A DNA stretch of 64,000 nt from assembly GCF_009914755.1 (NCBI RefSeq), contig NC_060925.1; one strand, given 5' to 3'. The position numbers and the translations under genes were made by a program. Of the stretch, positions 25,631-44,527 are shown piece after piece (the stretch's first letter is position 1; each line of letters begins with the position of its first letter). Below the pieces are notes generated by a model, which was not told the DNA's origin, did no database searches, and was given only the letters and a program-made list of their open reading frames with translations. The stretch comes from the human T2T-CHM13v2.0 reference genome, Homo sapiens.

Positions 25631-25712
25631 CCTCTGAGGAGGAGAGCCAGGGGCGGTCAGCCCAACCCCTGCCCAGCACAAAGACCTTCGCATTCCAGAC
25701 ACAGATCCAGAG
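25631..25712 (+). CDS. OBSCN: OBSCN exon, start of kinase 2
   Basis: ccacag|CCTCT...CAGAG|gtgcag. Confidence 0.92.
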
Positions 25713-25889
25713 GTGCAGTGGCCTGGGGGGCTGCAGGCGGGTGGGGCCAGGGCCTGGACCCCCCCTTGTTGACCACCCATGCCCCCACACCCACCATCTC
25801 GCTGAACTGGGCTCCTGCTGCTCTGAGTGTTGGGAATCGGGGAATGGGAGGGGACCACCCACCAGCCTGACCGCTGTCCCCTTGAGCAG

Positions 25890-26129
25890 GGGCCGCTTCA
25901 GCGTGGTGCGGCAATGCTGGGAGAAGGCCAGCGGGCGGGCGCTGGCCGCCAAGATCATCCCCTACCACCCCAAGGACAAGACAGCAGTGCTGCGCGAATA
26001 CGAGGCCCTCAAGGGCCTGCACCACCCGCACCTGGCCCAGCTGCACGCAGCCTACCTCAGCCCCCGGCACCTGGTGCTCATCTTGGAGCTGTGCTCTGGG
26101 CCCGAGCTGCTCCCCTGCCTGGCCGAGAG
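25890..26129 (+). CDS. OBSCN: OBSCN kinase 2 exon (GRFSVVR...AAK...LAER)
   Basis: gagcag|GGGCCGC...GAGAG|gtgagg. Confidence 0.94.
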
Positions 26130-26326
26130 GTGAGGGTGGCCTGGGGTGGTGTGGTTGAGCTGATGGACGGACTGATGGACTGATGGACCCAGGCCTCTGG
26201 GGTGGGGCTGGAGGACCAGGCCCCTCTGCACAGCCAGTGCCCCTCCCAGTCCACGGGGAGTAGTCTCAGCCCTGGCCCTGGTGGCCCCCACCCCGGAGCC
26301 TGGGCTGAGCAGCTTCTGCCCCCCAG

Positions 26327-26550
26327 GGCCTCCTACTCAGAATCCGAGGTGAAGGACTACCTGTGGCAGATGTTGAGTGCCACCCAGTACCTGCACAACC
26401 AGCACATCCTGCACCTGGACCTGAGGTCCGAGAACATGATCATCACCGAATACAACCTGCTCAAGGTCGTGGACCTGGGCAATGCACAGAGCCTCAGCCA
26501 GGAGAAGGTGCTGCCCTCAGACAAGTTCAAGGACTACCTAGAGACCATGG
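26327..26550 (+). CDS. OBSCN: OBSCN kinase 2 exon (HLDLRSEN...DLG...ETM)
   Basis: ccccag|GGCCTCC...ATGG|gtgcgt. Confidence 0.94.
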
Positions 26551-26768
26551 GTGCGTGTGTGGACAGTTGGGGGGACCTCACATGGGGCGGGGGGCAGGAA
26601 GAAGCCCCCTCTCCTCCAGTGCTGTCCTCTCTCCCAGCTCCACTGCCACCCACTCAGCCACACACCTGGCCCACACACCTGTGCCCCACCTATCCCACCT
26701 GGGACCACTCACTCATGCCCACCACCTGTGTCCCTCCACCTGAGCCCAACCACATGTGCCCCTCCCAG

Positions 26769-26844
26769 CTCCAGAGCTCCTGGAGGGCCAGGGGGCTGTT
26801 CCACAGACAGACATCTGGGCCATCGGTGTGACAGCCTTCATCAT
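26769..26844 (+). CDS. OBSCN: OBSCN kinase 2 exon (APE...DIWAIGVTAFIM)
   Basis: cccag|CTCCA...ATCAT|gtgagt. Confidence 0.93.
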
Positions 26845-26899
26845 GTGAGTCCTCCAACCTGTCTGGGGGTTGCTAGGTGGGCGGGGCAGTCTCCCCCCT

Positions 26900-27100
26900 C
26901 CACCCGAGGGTGACCTCAGGGCCCCTGCACCCCCGTCCACCTGAGGGTGACCTCACGGCCCCTGCACCCTCGTCCACCCGAGGATGACCTCACGGCCCCT
27001 GCACCGGCCACCCGAGGGTGACCTCAGTGCTCCTGCATCCCCTCCCCCTCCGCCCTGGTCTACCCAAGGAGGGTGACCTCAGGGCCCGTGCACCCGCCAC
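26900..27100. repeat. Minisatellite, ~35-37-bp unit x ~5
   Basis: cacccgagggtgacctcagggcccctgcaccc repeated. Confidence 0.85.
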
Positions 27101-27108
27101 CTGCGCAG

Positions 27109-27258
27109 GCTGAGCGCCGAGTACCCGGTGAGCAGCGAGGGTGCACGCGACCTGCAGAGAGGACTGCGCAAGGGGCTGGTCCGGCTGAGCCGCTGCTACG
27201 CGGGGCTGTCCGGGGGCGCCGTGGCCTTCCTGCGCAGCACTCTGTGCGCCCAGCCCTG
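27109..27258 (+). CDS. OBSCN: OBSCN kinase 2 exon (LSAEYP...CAQPW)
   Basis: gcgcag|GCTGAG...CCCTG|gtaagg. Confidence 0.93.
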
Positions 27259-27455
27259 GTAAGGCGCGCCCCTCTCCTCCTCCTTCTCCCCGCCCCCTCC
27301 TCCCGTCCCGCCCCCTCCTCCTTCCGTCCCGCCCCGCCCCGCCCCCCCACTCCCTTTCCCCTCGGTACTCTCCCTTCCCCCTCTCCCCTTTTCCACTTGC
27401 CTTCCCCACACCCCTCCCGCCGCTGGGCCACGTGCTGAGCCTATGTCCGTCCCAG

Positions 27456-27633
27456 GGGCCGGCCCTGCGCGTCCAGCTGCCTGCAGTGCCCGTGGCTAAC
27501 AGAGGAGGGCCCGGCCTGTTCGCGGCCCGCGCCCGTGACCTTCCCTACCGCGCGGCTGCGCGTCTTCGTGCGCAATCGCGAGAAGAGACGCGCGCTGCTG
27601 TACAAGAGGCACAACCTGGCCCAGGTGCGCTGA
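27456..27633 (+). CDS. OBSCN: OBSCN obscurin-B terminal coding exon (GRPCASS...HNLAQVR*)
   Basis: cccag|GGGCCGG; TGA at 27631-27633. Confidence 0.94.
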
Positions 27634-27688
27634 GGGTCGCCCCGGCCACACCCTTGGTCTCCCCGCTGGGGGTCGCTGCAGACGCGCC

Positions 27689-27694
27689 AATAAA
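27689..27694 (+). terminator. OBSCN: Poly(A) signal of obscurin-B
   Basis: AATAAA 55 nt after the stop, followed by a GT/T-rich downstream element. Confidence 0.88.
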
Positions 27695-28875
27695 AACGCA
27701 CAGCCGGGCGAGAAGTCTTCCGTCTCGTTGCATTATTTTCTTTTGGGGAGGAGAGGGAGTGAGGGCTCTGTCCCCGCCTTTCTGGCTGGGGCGCCGATCA
27801 GGCTGCCCCGCTGTGTTTGGGCCTGTGAGCCCCTTAGAAGGCGTCCTTAGGGGTCGCTCCCTCACTCCGATGCTCCGCGCGTTCAGCCCCTCGGGGCGTC
27901 TCCGTCCTCACACCCATGCGCGTTTATTCCACCCGCCGTGCGCCTTCCTCTCTTCCATCACGCTGACCTGCAGCCCCGCAGCCCGCTTTCTCCGCCGTCG
28001 GGCCAGCCGCTTGTTTCCACAACTTCTCTGCCCCGGGAAGAGTTCTTGGGCAAAGCGTGCAAGCGAGGGCGAGAAGCCGCGGGCCACGATCCGCTGGAGG
28101 AGAGGAGGCTTCAGAGTCGCTGGCGCGTGGCCTCGGTGAAAAGCAACCCAGTGTTTGAGATTCCATGGGCAATGACTACGCTGGCCGAGCCCCGCCCTGC
28201 CCCTTGCCAGGAGTGCAGGAAGCCTGGGCCGTGGGGTGCGCGCGTTGTCTCTCAAACGCTGCTGAATGTCCTTTCTCCTATTCTTTGACGTGGGAAAGGG
28301 AACTTGAGATAGGTGCAGCCCAGGAGACCTGGGAGCTGGCAGGGAGGGCCTTCTCCTCTTGCACATAAAACCTTTTGCAGAGGTCCCTCAGACACAAGGC
28401 CAGGCCCCTCATACCTATGTCTAAGCATAGATGGAGAGGAGGCTAACCGACCCCTCTTGGCTAAAATGGGTCATGCTGATTCCTGGCCAGCTTAGATTTA
28501 TGGGGACATCCAGTGATGGAGTTGTCCTGGCTCTCTCTGACAGCATGCAACCCAGAATGAGGCCCGGTTGTTTTAAACACTCCTTTTAATCACCAAAACA
28601 GTCAGCTCTTCATAGCATCCTCTTCTCGAGCAGCCCCAGGGTTCCCGGGGTGGGGATATGATCTCCACTGTCCCCAGCAACAAGGCTGACGTTGGACGAC
28701 AGCTTCGTTCCTGGGGGGCTGGGGCTGCAGGGTGTAGACAGCAGTCTCTACCCTCCTGATTCTCAGCTCATCTCAGGGGCCCAATGACGACCACATGCTG
28801 ATGGGTCCATTCTGCAATGTCCAAATGCTGAACACCTCCCCTGAAATCTTACTGAGCCCAGGACACTTTGAATCA

Positions 28876-29170
<295 letters not shown>

Positions 29171-29349
29171 ACATCTTCTAACTTGAACTGACTGCCCTCA
29201 CTCCCTCTGCCCCCACACTGCCTCTGACTTTACCTTCCTCCTCCTTTACGACCTCCTGAGAGTCAGCATGTCACCACTCAATGCATCACAAAGGGCACAG
29301 GCACCGTGCACTCACTTTCCCAGGACACTGATGTCAGAGCGGGGTGGGG

Positions 29350-29837
29350 GGGAAGGTAGTATCTTTTCCTCACCCATTGCAAGGCGCATGGATGAACCTT
29401 GCACGTATGGCCCCAATCACAAAGACAGGTTAATAAGATAAAGCATGACACACATCTATTTAACAAAAGGTTTTATGTGACAAGTGAGCCTTCAGAAACA
29501 AAAACCCAAAGAAACAGGCAAATCTGTCTATTTTTTATGCTTGGGTTTGATGAAGAATGAACAGTCATGTAAAAATATGCTTAGACAAAAAGCAGGTGCA
29601 ACTTAATGGTAATAAACTGGGGGCAACTTGCCAAGGCCCGTTTGTTCAGATTCTTCTTGGCCTCTGGAATGAGGATCCTATGACCCGCTTTTGGGGGAGG
29701 TAGGTCAGAGAATTCTCTTATGGCTTCCTTCAAGGCAGAAAAGCAGGAGACGGTCAGAGAGACACAATTTCCTTCAGCTTGAGATACTCAGCATGCCAAG
29801 GTGCCGTAATTTGGGGTATTGCATTCTGAGCCCCATC
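29350..29837 (-). mobile_element. ERV1-class LTR remnant (MER34/MER39-like)
   Basis: Ends ggggtattgcattctgagccccatca, the reverse of a typical tgatggggctcagaa LTR start; family uncertain. Confidence 0.5.
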
Positions 29838-29839
29838 AC

Positions 29840-31515
<1,676 letters not shown>

Positions 31516-32034
31516 GGTGGTTTTGCTTGATTGCAAGACTAGGCTGTGCAGTGCCAACATTCAGACTGATCAGGAGTTCCCGAATAGTTCTCAGGGCTGT
31601 TTTATTGCTCACAGGTCTCACTCATATTGGGGGAGTCAGAAAATCACAGTGGATAAGGGGGAAGGACAAAATGTGTTTGAACCAGAGCAAGAACTGTAGG
31701 AATGAGCATGAGTCGCAATAGGAGTTGCTGGACCGTCCACTCAGAGAGTTATGTGTGAAATAAACATGGTCTGAATCTGAAACCCCTCAAGGACCAGAAC
31801 ACTGGACACATAGTATGGATTAGGTCTGTGTCTCTTCTCCCAAGTAACTTTCCAGTAAGGACAAATACAACATAGCCTGGGCACCAACCAACCAAAATGA
31901 TGGTGAATAATAACAATTAACACTAACAACAGGGCTTAACACCATTTATAGTGCCTGTTATGCTTTAGGCATTACTGCAGGGAAATTACTCATATTATCC
32001 TAATATATCAAAACTATACAAGGGAAAAGCTCTC

Positions 32035-32790
32035 TTAAATGGCGTTTCTCCTCTGCTCTCACACCACAGCAGCAATCAACACAGAAGAAGATTCTGTGGC
32101 CAAACCTGTGAGGTTTCTCCCCACCACCAAGCAGCAGACACCAGCTGGGTGTCCTCAGTCCAATTCCAACACTGTCTACCTGGAGATAGTGTCAGACCCC
32201 ACAGGATTGGGGCTCACTTCCCAAGACTGCCCCCCACACAGACACCAGTCAAAAGTCCAGGCCTCTGGAACATCTGACCAACTGGCTTTAAGTTGGGGTT
32301 CCCACAAACCCCTGTTTGGGTTCCATTAATATGCTACAGCGGCTCACAGAACTCAGTGAAACACTTACTTATGTTTACTGCTTTATTAAGAAGGATGTTA
32401 CAAAGGATACAGACACATAGGGCAAAGTATGAAGGAAGGAAGAGGCGTGGAGCCACCCTGCCCTCCCTGGGCGTACCGTTTCCCAGGAACCTCCACATGT
32501 TCAGCTACCCGGAAGCTCTCTGAACCCAGTCCTTTTGGATTATGGAAGCTTTGTTACATAGGCATGATTGATTAAACCATTGGCCATTGGTGAACAACTT
32601 GACCTTCAGCCCCTATCCCTTCCCTGGAGATTGGGTGTGGGGCTGAAAGTCCCAACTCTCTACTCCTGCCTTTGTCTTTCCAGGGACCAGCCCCACCCTG
32701 GAACCTATCAGACAAAAGGCATTCTAAAGAAAACACTTCGGCGATCCCAAGGATTTTATGAGTTAAGAGCCAATAACTGTGGGTGAAAAT
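32035..32790 (-). mobile_element. MER21-like LTR
   Basis: Reverse-complement similarity to the 44528-45362 element (gtgtcagaccccacaggatt, attaaaccattggccattggtga). Confidence 0.65.
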
Positions 32791-32796
32791 CTATCA

Positions 32797-32840
<44 letters not shown>
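32797..32840. repeat. (ATCT)11 tetranucleotide microsatellite
   Basis: Perfect ATCT run. Confidence 0.95.
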
Positions 32841-32842
<2 letters not shown>

Positions 32843-33685
32843 ATAAAATCACAACAACTTAGTATCTAGGAAACAGAAAGCTATGGCAATAAAAGGCAAA
32901 ATTGATAACTGGTACATTGGTAATCATAGTAGAAGATTTTAATATATTGTGTTTAGAAATCAATAGGTCAGATATATAAAAATCAATCAATTTCTGTAAC
33001 TATTGATGGCATCACTGGAAACATTTATGTGATAGACAGGAAGATAGGTAGATAGTACTTTGAAACCAGCAAATGAAGGATTCATATTACTTTCAGATAT
33101 CCAGAGGCCAGCCACATAAATGACCCAGGCATTGGGTCAAAATCCTCTCAAAGTGGAGATCATACAGCCCACATTTCCTGGCCACTGTGAAATGACATTA
33201 GTCACTGTCAATCAAAGAATAAACAGCAAGTTATAGCTAGCTACTTGGACATTTTAGAAAACATCCTAAATAATTTCTCTATTAAATGGGAAAACCAAAC
33301 TAATAATTAATTTTAAAGAGGTATCCTAAGGAGGAAGGAAGGAGGCTGGCAGCAAAGGACATTCCTTTATTTCCCCAGCTCTAGGAATTCTTAGTTCAAT
33401 GTTGGGAAAATAATTTATTCTGGTCATAACAGGTTTCCTTTGGTAACATGAAAATGAGATTACTACAGAACATAGAACATTAAGTTAAAAATTCAAGTTT
33501 TTAAAATCATACCATGCAAATTTTTACTACCATATGGTATAGAAACAGATAGCATTCAAAATGCAAATAATTGGCCTATCTCCTGAGACTCTGCATTCTG
33601 TATCCAAAGGTTGATGTGTCTTCAACACAGAGGTCCTCATGCTCACCTGCAGATAAGGATACTGGTACCTTGGGCAACTGGGCTA

Positions 33686-34135
33686 AGAGATAAGATAGGT
33701 AGATAGATATACACAGATATAAATATATGATAGAGATATAAAGATACAGATAGAGGCAGATATAGAAATGATAGATGATATGATAGAGATCTAGAAGATA
33801 GAGAAGATAAATAGATGATATAGGTAGAGATAGAGACAAAGATATATTGAAAAATAGATAATAGAGCTATAGAAGATAGATATCTACAGATATAGATAAA
33901 TGGATTGATAGAGATAGAAGATAGACACAGATAGGTAGCTAGATATGCTAGATAGAGATATGGATGGATGGATATAAATACTACAGATAGAAGAGATAGG
34001 TATAGAGATAGAAGATAGAGACAGAGTTAGATGATAGGTAGATGTAATAGAATAGATAGACATGATAGATATACAGAGATACAGAAGATAGAGATGTAGA
34101 GATAGATATACAAAGATAGATAGTTAGATAGATGC
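33686..34135. repeat. Degenerate (GATA/GATAGA)n tract, ~450 nt
   Basis: Continuous gata-derived low complexity. Confidence 0.9.
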
Positions 34136-34159
34136 ATACATTTAAGGCAACTGCATAAT

Positions 34160-39800
<5,641 letters not shown>

Positions 39801-40982
39801 TCAGGGTGGTCGGGAGAGGTGACTCCGGGCTGGGGAGGGCAGGGTAGGGCAGGGAAAGCACAGGGATCCGGGGCACGGCGGGGACAAAGCTCCACACCAG
39901 CACCAGGAGGCCTTCCTCCAGATGGCAGGGTTGCCCAAGCGAACACAGGGCACCTGGGAAGGGACAGGACATGGGAGGCGTGGAAGCAAACAGGGTGTGC
40001 GGGGCTTCTCTGGGTGCCTGGAGTGCACGGGGCTGGGTGTGGGGTGACCAGAGGCTCCGGGCACTGCTAACATGGGAGGCAATGGGCTCCGTGGCCACCC
40101 AGGGCATAAGGGGATCTAGGGTGCGTGGGTGACCCATGGGCCCTGGGGGGTCTGCTCACTGGGAGGCTGCAGGTGTGGGAGGATGGCATTGGGCACACAG
40201 GGGGCATGTGGTGGGCAAGGGTGAGATGGGGAGGGTGCAGCATGCAAGATGGGCACTGGGGTGCAGGGGGCTCAAGGGCGCAGGGGGGCACCAGGACGGT
40301 TGGGTGCTGCACAGGTGGTGCTGGGCACCCTGCATGCAGCCCACGGCATGACAATGTCCCGCAGCTCTTGGGACATCATGGGCACTCTGAGGGTGGCCAG
40401 CTACTGTCAGGTGGGCACAGCAGGTGTGGAGGAGAACATGCAACGGGAGCCTGCACAACAACCCTGTCTTTGGACCATGCTTGACGGTGCATTGGTGATG
40501 TACTGTGCAGACCCCCAGACCTGGTCCCATTGCAGAGGGCCTAATCTCATTCATGAGGGCACCACTTTCATGAACTAATTACATCCCCAAAGCCCCATCT
40601 CCTCATAACATGAACTTGCGGTGAGGATTTCAACATATGAATTTGGGGGAACCTAAATATTTGGTCAACTGCAAGCTGCACACAGTGGGGCTCCCTGACA
40701 GTGCAGGACACAGTTGTTCAGGCCGTTCACTGTCACCTCCTCTGAGAGACTGGCTCCCTGCTCAGGGTCCTGCATGTTCCCATCATCTTTCCACTGCCTG
40801 GAAGCATGGGTGACACCCACAGGGCCTCAGCACTCAGCAGGGGGACATCCGGAAAGATGAGTCATGAAGTCTGCCCTTCTCTTATGGAGTGTGCAGCTTT
40901 ATTTTAAAGCTATGGCCAGAACTATCCTGGGTGCACACCCGTGGTCTCACCCACAAGGCTGCCCCCGGCTGTTACCACCAGC

Positions 40983-42054
40983 CAGATGGGCTCTCTGCTC
41001 TTTGCTCAGGTGTATGGTCCTTATGTGGAGCTGCTGAAGGAATTGTTTTTTGAGATAACCTGGTAAATGTTTCGTGTTCCACTGTGCTTCATTACAGTCT
41101 CCTGAGTATCATTTATTTAGTCATTCTCCCATTCTTGTCTTTTTTTTTGGTAGGGGGATAGGTGGCATTACCTAATACCATGTTGAACAAGATCAGCAAT
41201 TCTGAGGTGGCGGGGGCTGCCTCACTCCAGGAGGCACAAATGCAGCAGACGGAGTCTTCAATTGGAGGGAAGCCCTGGACACAGACGCTTGGAAACAGGC
41301 TATGGCAATACTCACCGCACCAGGCCTGGTGGCTCAGCCTGAAATCCCAGCACTTTGGAGGCCAAGATGGGTAGATCGCTTGAGCCCAGGAGTTTGAGAC
41401 CAGCCTGGCCAATAGTGAGATTCCCACCTCTCCAAAAAAAAAAAAAATTAGTTGGGTATGGTGGTGTGCGCCTGTAGTCCCTCCCAGCTACTTGGGAGGC
41501 TGAGGCAGGAGGATCTCTTGAGCCCAGGAGTTCAATACCAGCTTGTATAACATGGCAAAACCCCATCTTTACAAAAATTAGCTGGGCATGGCCCCATCTG
41601 TAGCGTGCACCTGTAGTCCCAGCTACCCGAAAGGCTGAGGTGTGAGTATCAGCTGAGCCTGGGAAGTCGAGGCTGCAGTGAGTGAGCCGTGATTGCACCA
41701 CTGCACTCCAGCATGGGTGACCCTGTCTCAAAAAACAACAAACAAACAAACAAAAACCCCACCCCAACACAGAGAAATGCCCAGTCCCCTGGTTTCCACT
41801 CAGACTTCTCTTTGTTGCAGCTGAATGAAACTGCTGATCTTGTTCAACATGGTATTACATAATGCCCCCCCAGGCCCCTGCCAAAAAAAAGACAAGAATG
41901 GGAGAGTGACTGAATAAATGATAATCAGGAGACTACTCGTTAAGCACAATGGAATGCAGGAAACATTTACCAGGATATCTCGAAAAAAACATTCCGGCAA
42001 TAGCTCCACATAAGGAACATATATATTGAGCACAGAAAGTGGAGAGCCCATCTG
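40983..42054. repeat. Long inverted repeat; arms 40983-41202 and 41827-42054, spacer contains an Alu (41320-41760)
   Basis: Arms are reverse complements, including a perfect 26-mer at 41173-41198 / 41832-41857. Confidence 0.92.
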
Positions 42055-42226
42055 TGCCTGGGTGTGGGAAGTGGCTGCCCGTCCCGGCCCTTACTTTGCC
42101 TGAGCTTCCCGCCTGCCCCGTCAACAGCCTCCCTGGGGCTCTGCCCTCTGCTGGGCAGTGGGGCACCCGCTATTGTTCCTGGACTAAGCAGGCACCAGCA
42201 GGATGACTTGTAGACAACAGCCAAAG

Positions 42227-42232
42227 TTTATT
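42227..42232 (-). terminator. TRIM11: TRIM11 poly(A) signal
   Basis: AATAAA on the - strand ~1 kb after the stop. Confidence 0.8.
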
Positions 42233-43236
42233 TAACGTGGGAATGCTTACAATAAATAAAGCAGAGGGGTAAAGAGAAACAGAACAGTACCTTGAGGACA
42301 AAGAAACCCCAAACCCAACACAAAAATCAACTCCTGCCTTCTTCTGTATGCCCCAGGCTCTGAGAAGCCACTGTTCCTCCCCAGGGTAGAGAGACTGCAA
42401 GGCCGGCGGCCAGCAGTGCACATCCCCAAGCAGCAGCTGGGACCCTGGGTCCTGAGGGGCCACTGGAGACCTAGGAAGCCTTTGCAAGGGCAAAACCCAA
42501 TGGCAACATGCCCACGAAAGCTTCAAGTCAGAACGTGGGCCTGCAAAAGACATTTCTGGGCTCTGCTCTCTCCTCTAGGCCCACACACCTGCTGAACAGA
42601 CATCTGTGCCCAGGCACCTCCCAGAAGCCCCTTTATTATAGGACATCTACTCTCTGTTCCTGTCCTCACTGGCCCCTCCCATCATCTCTCTGAAGACTCT
42701 TATTATGGCTGCCTCCTAATTCTTCCAGAGCAGCCACACCCAGGACTGTGACGGGCTCTCACCCACTGTGGGGTCACAGACAGGCATGGGGCTGGCTCCC
42801 ATCCCAGCTGCCTCCCCCAGCATCTTCAGAGGTGGGGTACACAAGACTTTCAGGGGGCTGGCAAAGCTGCAGGAACTGTGCAGCTTAGGTGAACCCTGGA
42901 TTCTGCAAGCCCCAGTGGAGTTTTCTCAGCTTCTGGAACCACAGGCCAGAGCTGCCGGGGCAATGGGGCTCCCAGCTTTGGTAAGGGCTGTTGGCATTAA
43001 GTGGCACCCGGTGGCTGGAGGGGTCTCCCAGGGAGGACGGAGCCTGCCCCACACTCTCCCACAGTTTCCTGGAGTGCTAGAATTGGGGTTCTCCCACGCA
43101 GGCTCAGAAAGGCACCAGGAGTTCCTCCTCTTGCTCAAAGGACACACTCCCTCCTCCCAGGTCCTCCAAGTGGCCAAAACACTCAGTGGCCTGGAGGGGC
43201 AGGAGAGGCAACAGGACTCCTCCAGGAGGGCCCGAG

Positions 43237-43784
43237 TCACTGGGGAGCCAGGGTGTCCCCGGACCCACCTTTCGGCCGGCAGATAGTCATCGGGGTCGGG
43301 CTGCTGGACAGGGGTGAGAAGAGGGGCCGCAGCGTCCCCGAGAAGGGGATCTCGGGAAAGATGAATAGCAGTGACCCATCGGTGGCACTGTAGAAAGAGA
43401 GATGTCCAGCCTCGTAGTCCAGAAAGATCCCCACGCGCCTGGGTGGGTCCCGGAGTGGAGCCAAGGCCCGTTCCGAGGAATTGTAATAGCTCCCCAGGAA
43501 GACCAGGATCCAGAAGCCGTTGCCCGCGGACAGCTCGCCCTTCTCCTTCCTGTTCACGTTCTCCCTGCACACCCCCAGGGCCCAGCTGGTGCGGTCCCCA
43601 ACCTCCACCTCCCAGTAGTGGCGGCCTGAGGTGAAGCGCTCCTGGCCCAGCACGCAGGGGCCGGGGTCAAAGCGCTCTGGGCTGTCCGGCAGGGCCTGCC
43701 GTAGGTCCCCCCGCTGCACGCTCCGCCTGTCTTCAGACAGGATCAGCTCAGGGTTGGCGGTGTCCGGGTCCAAGGTCACGTCCC
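43237..43784 (-). CDS. TRIM11: TRIM11 exon 6 coding part (PRY/SPRY, B30.2)
   Basis: ctgcag|GGGACGTG; [23 protein letters not shown] motifs; stop TGA. Confidence 0.96.
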
Positions 43785-44049
43785 CTGCAGAGAGAGGCCC
43801 AAGGTCACCCAGGCACAGCCACAGGCAAGCTGGGGCCATCTGCCCATGTCCTGGGCATGTAGGTACAATCCTCCCAGTCGGACGGCCTGGCTCTCTGCCC
43901 TGGGCCTGTAGCCTCACAACCTCCTGGAGTAACTAACTGTCTCCAAGTGGACATCCTCTCCCCACTTAGCTACGTCCAGTTGCAACTTACAATGTCCTAC
44001 AAATTGGTCCATGTTTTGCCTTCAGATATCAAGAGGGAATCTTGGTTGC

Positions 44050-44356
44050 TTTTTTTTTTTTTTTTAAAGAGGCAGGGTCTTGCTCTGTGGCCCCAGGCTG
44101 CAGTGCAGTGGTGCGATCATGGCTCACTGCAGCCTTGATCTCCTGGGCTCAAATGATCCTCCCGCCTCAGATCCTCCCAAGCTGCTGGGATTACAGGCGT
44201 GTGCCACCATGGCTGGCTCATTTTTTTGTTTTTTATTTGTAGAGATGGGAGTCTTGCTATGTTTCCCGGGTTGGTCTTGAACTGATGGCCTCAAGCAATC
44301 CTCCCGCCTGAGCCTCTCAAAGTGCTGGGATTACAGAGGTGAGCCAATGCATCCAG
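44050..44356 (-). mobile_element. Alu (AluJ-like)
   Basis: Poly-T head followed by antisense Alu. Confidence 0.9.
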
Positions 44357-44527
44357 TCTGTTTTTCCTTTCAATCTCCAAATGAAGGATGTGAATTAGGG
44401 CAGCTGTCCCAACCCTGACCACTCCGATTTCAGATCTATCCACCTCTGGAGGCCTGCACACAGTTCCTACACAACAGGCTCCTGACCTGCTAGCAAGAGC
44501 TGAGGATAGTACTTCCTTTGGGTGACT

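Larger units (their letters stand above)
27050..28260. promoter_or_regulatory. CpG island over the OBSCN 3' end
   Basis: Visibly dense CpG and very high GC across the last two exons and ~550 nt beyond. Confidence 0.7.

Noticed and set aside
27432-28139. 235-aa ORF overlapping the last OBSCN exon in another frame
   Set aside because: Non-ATG start, spans the poly(A) signal, CpG-island composition
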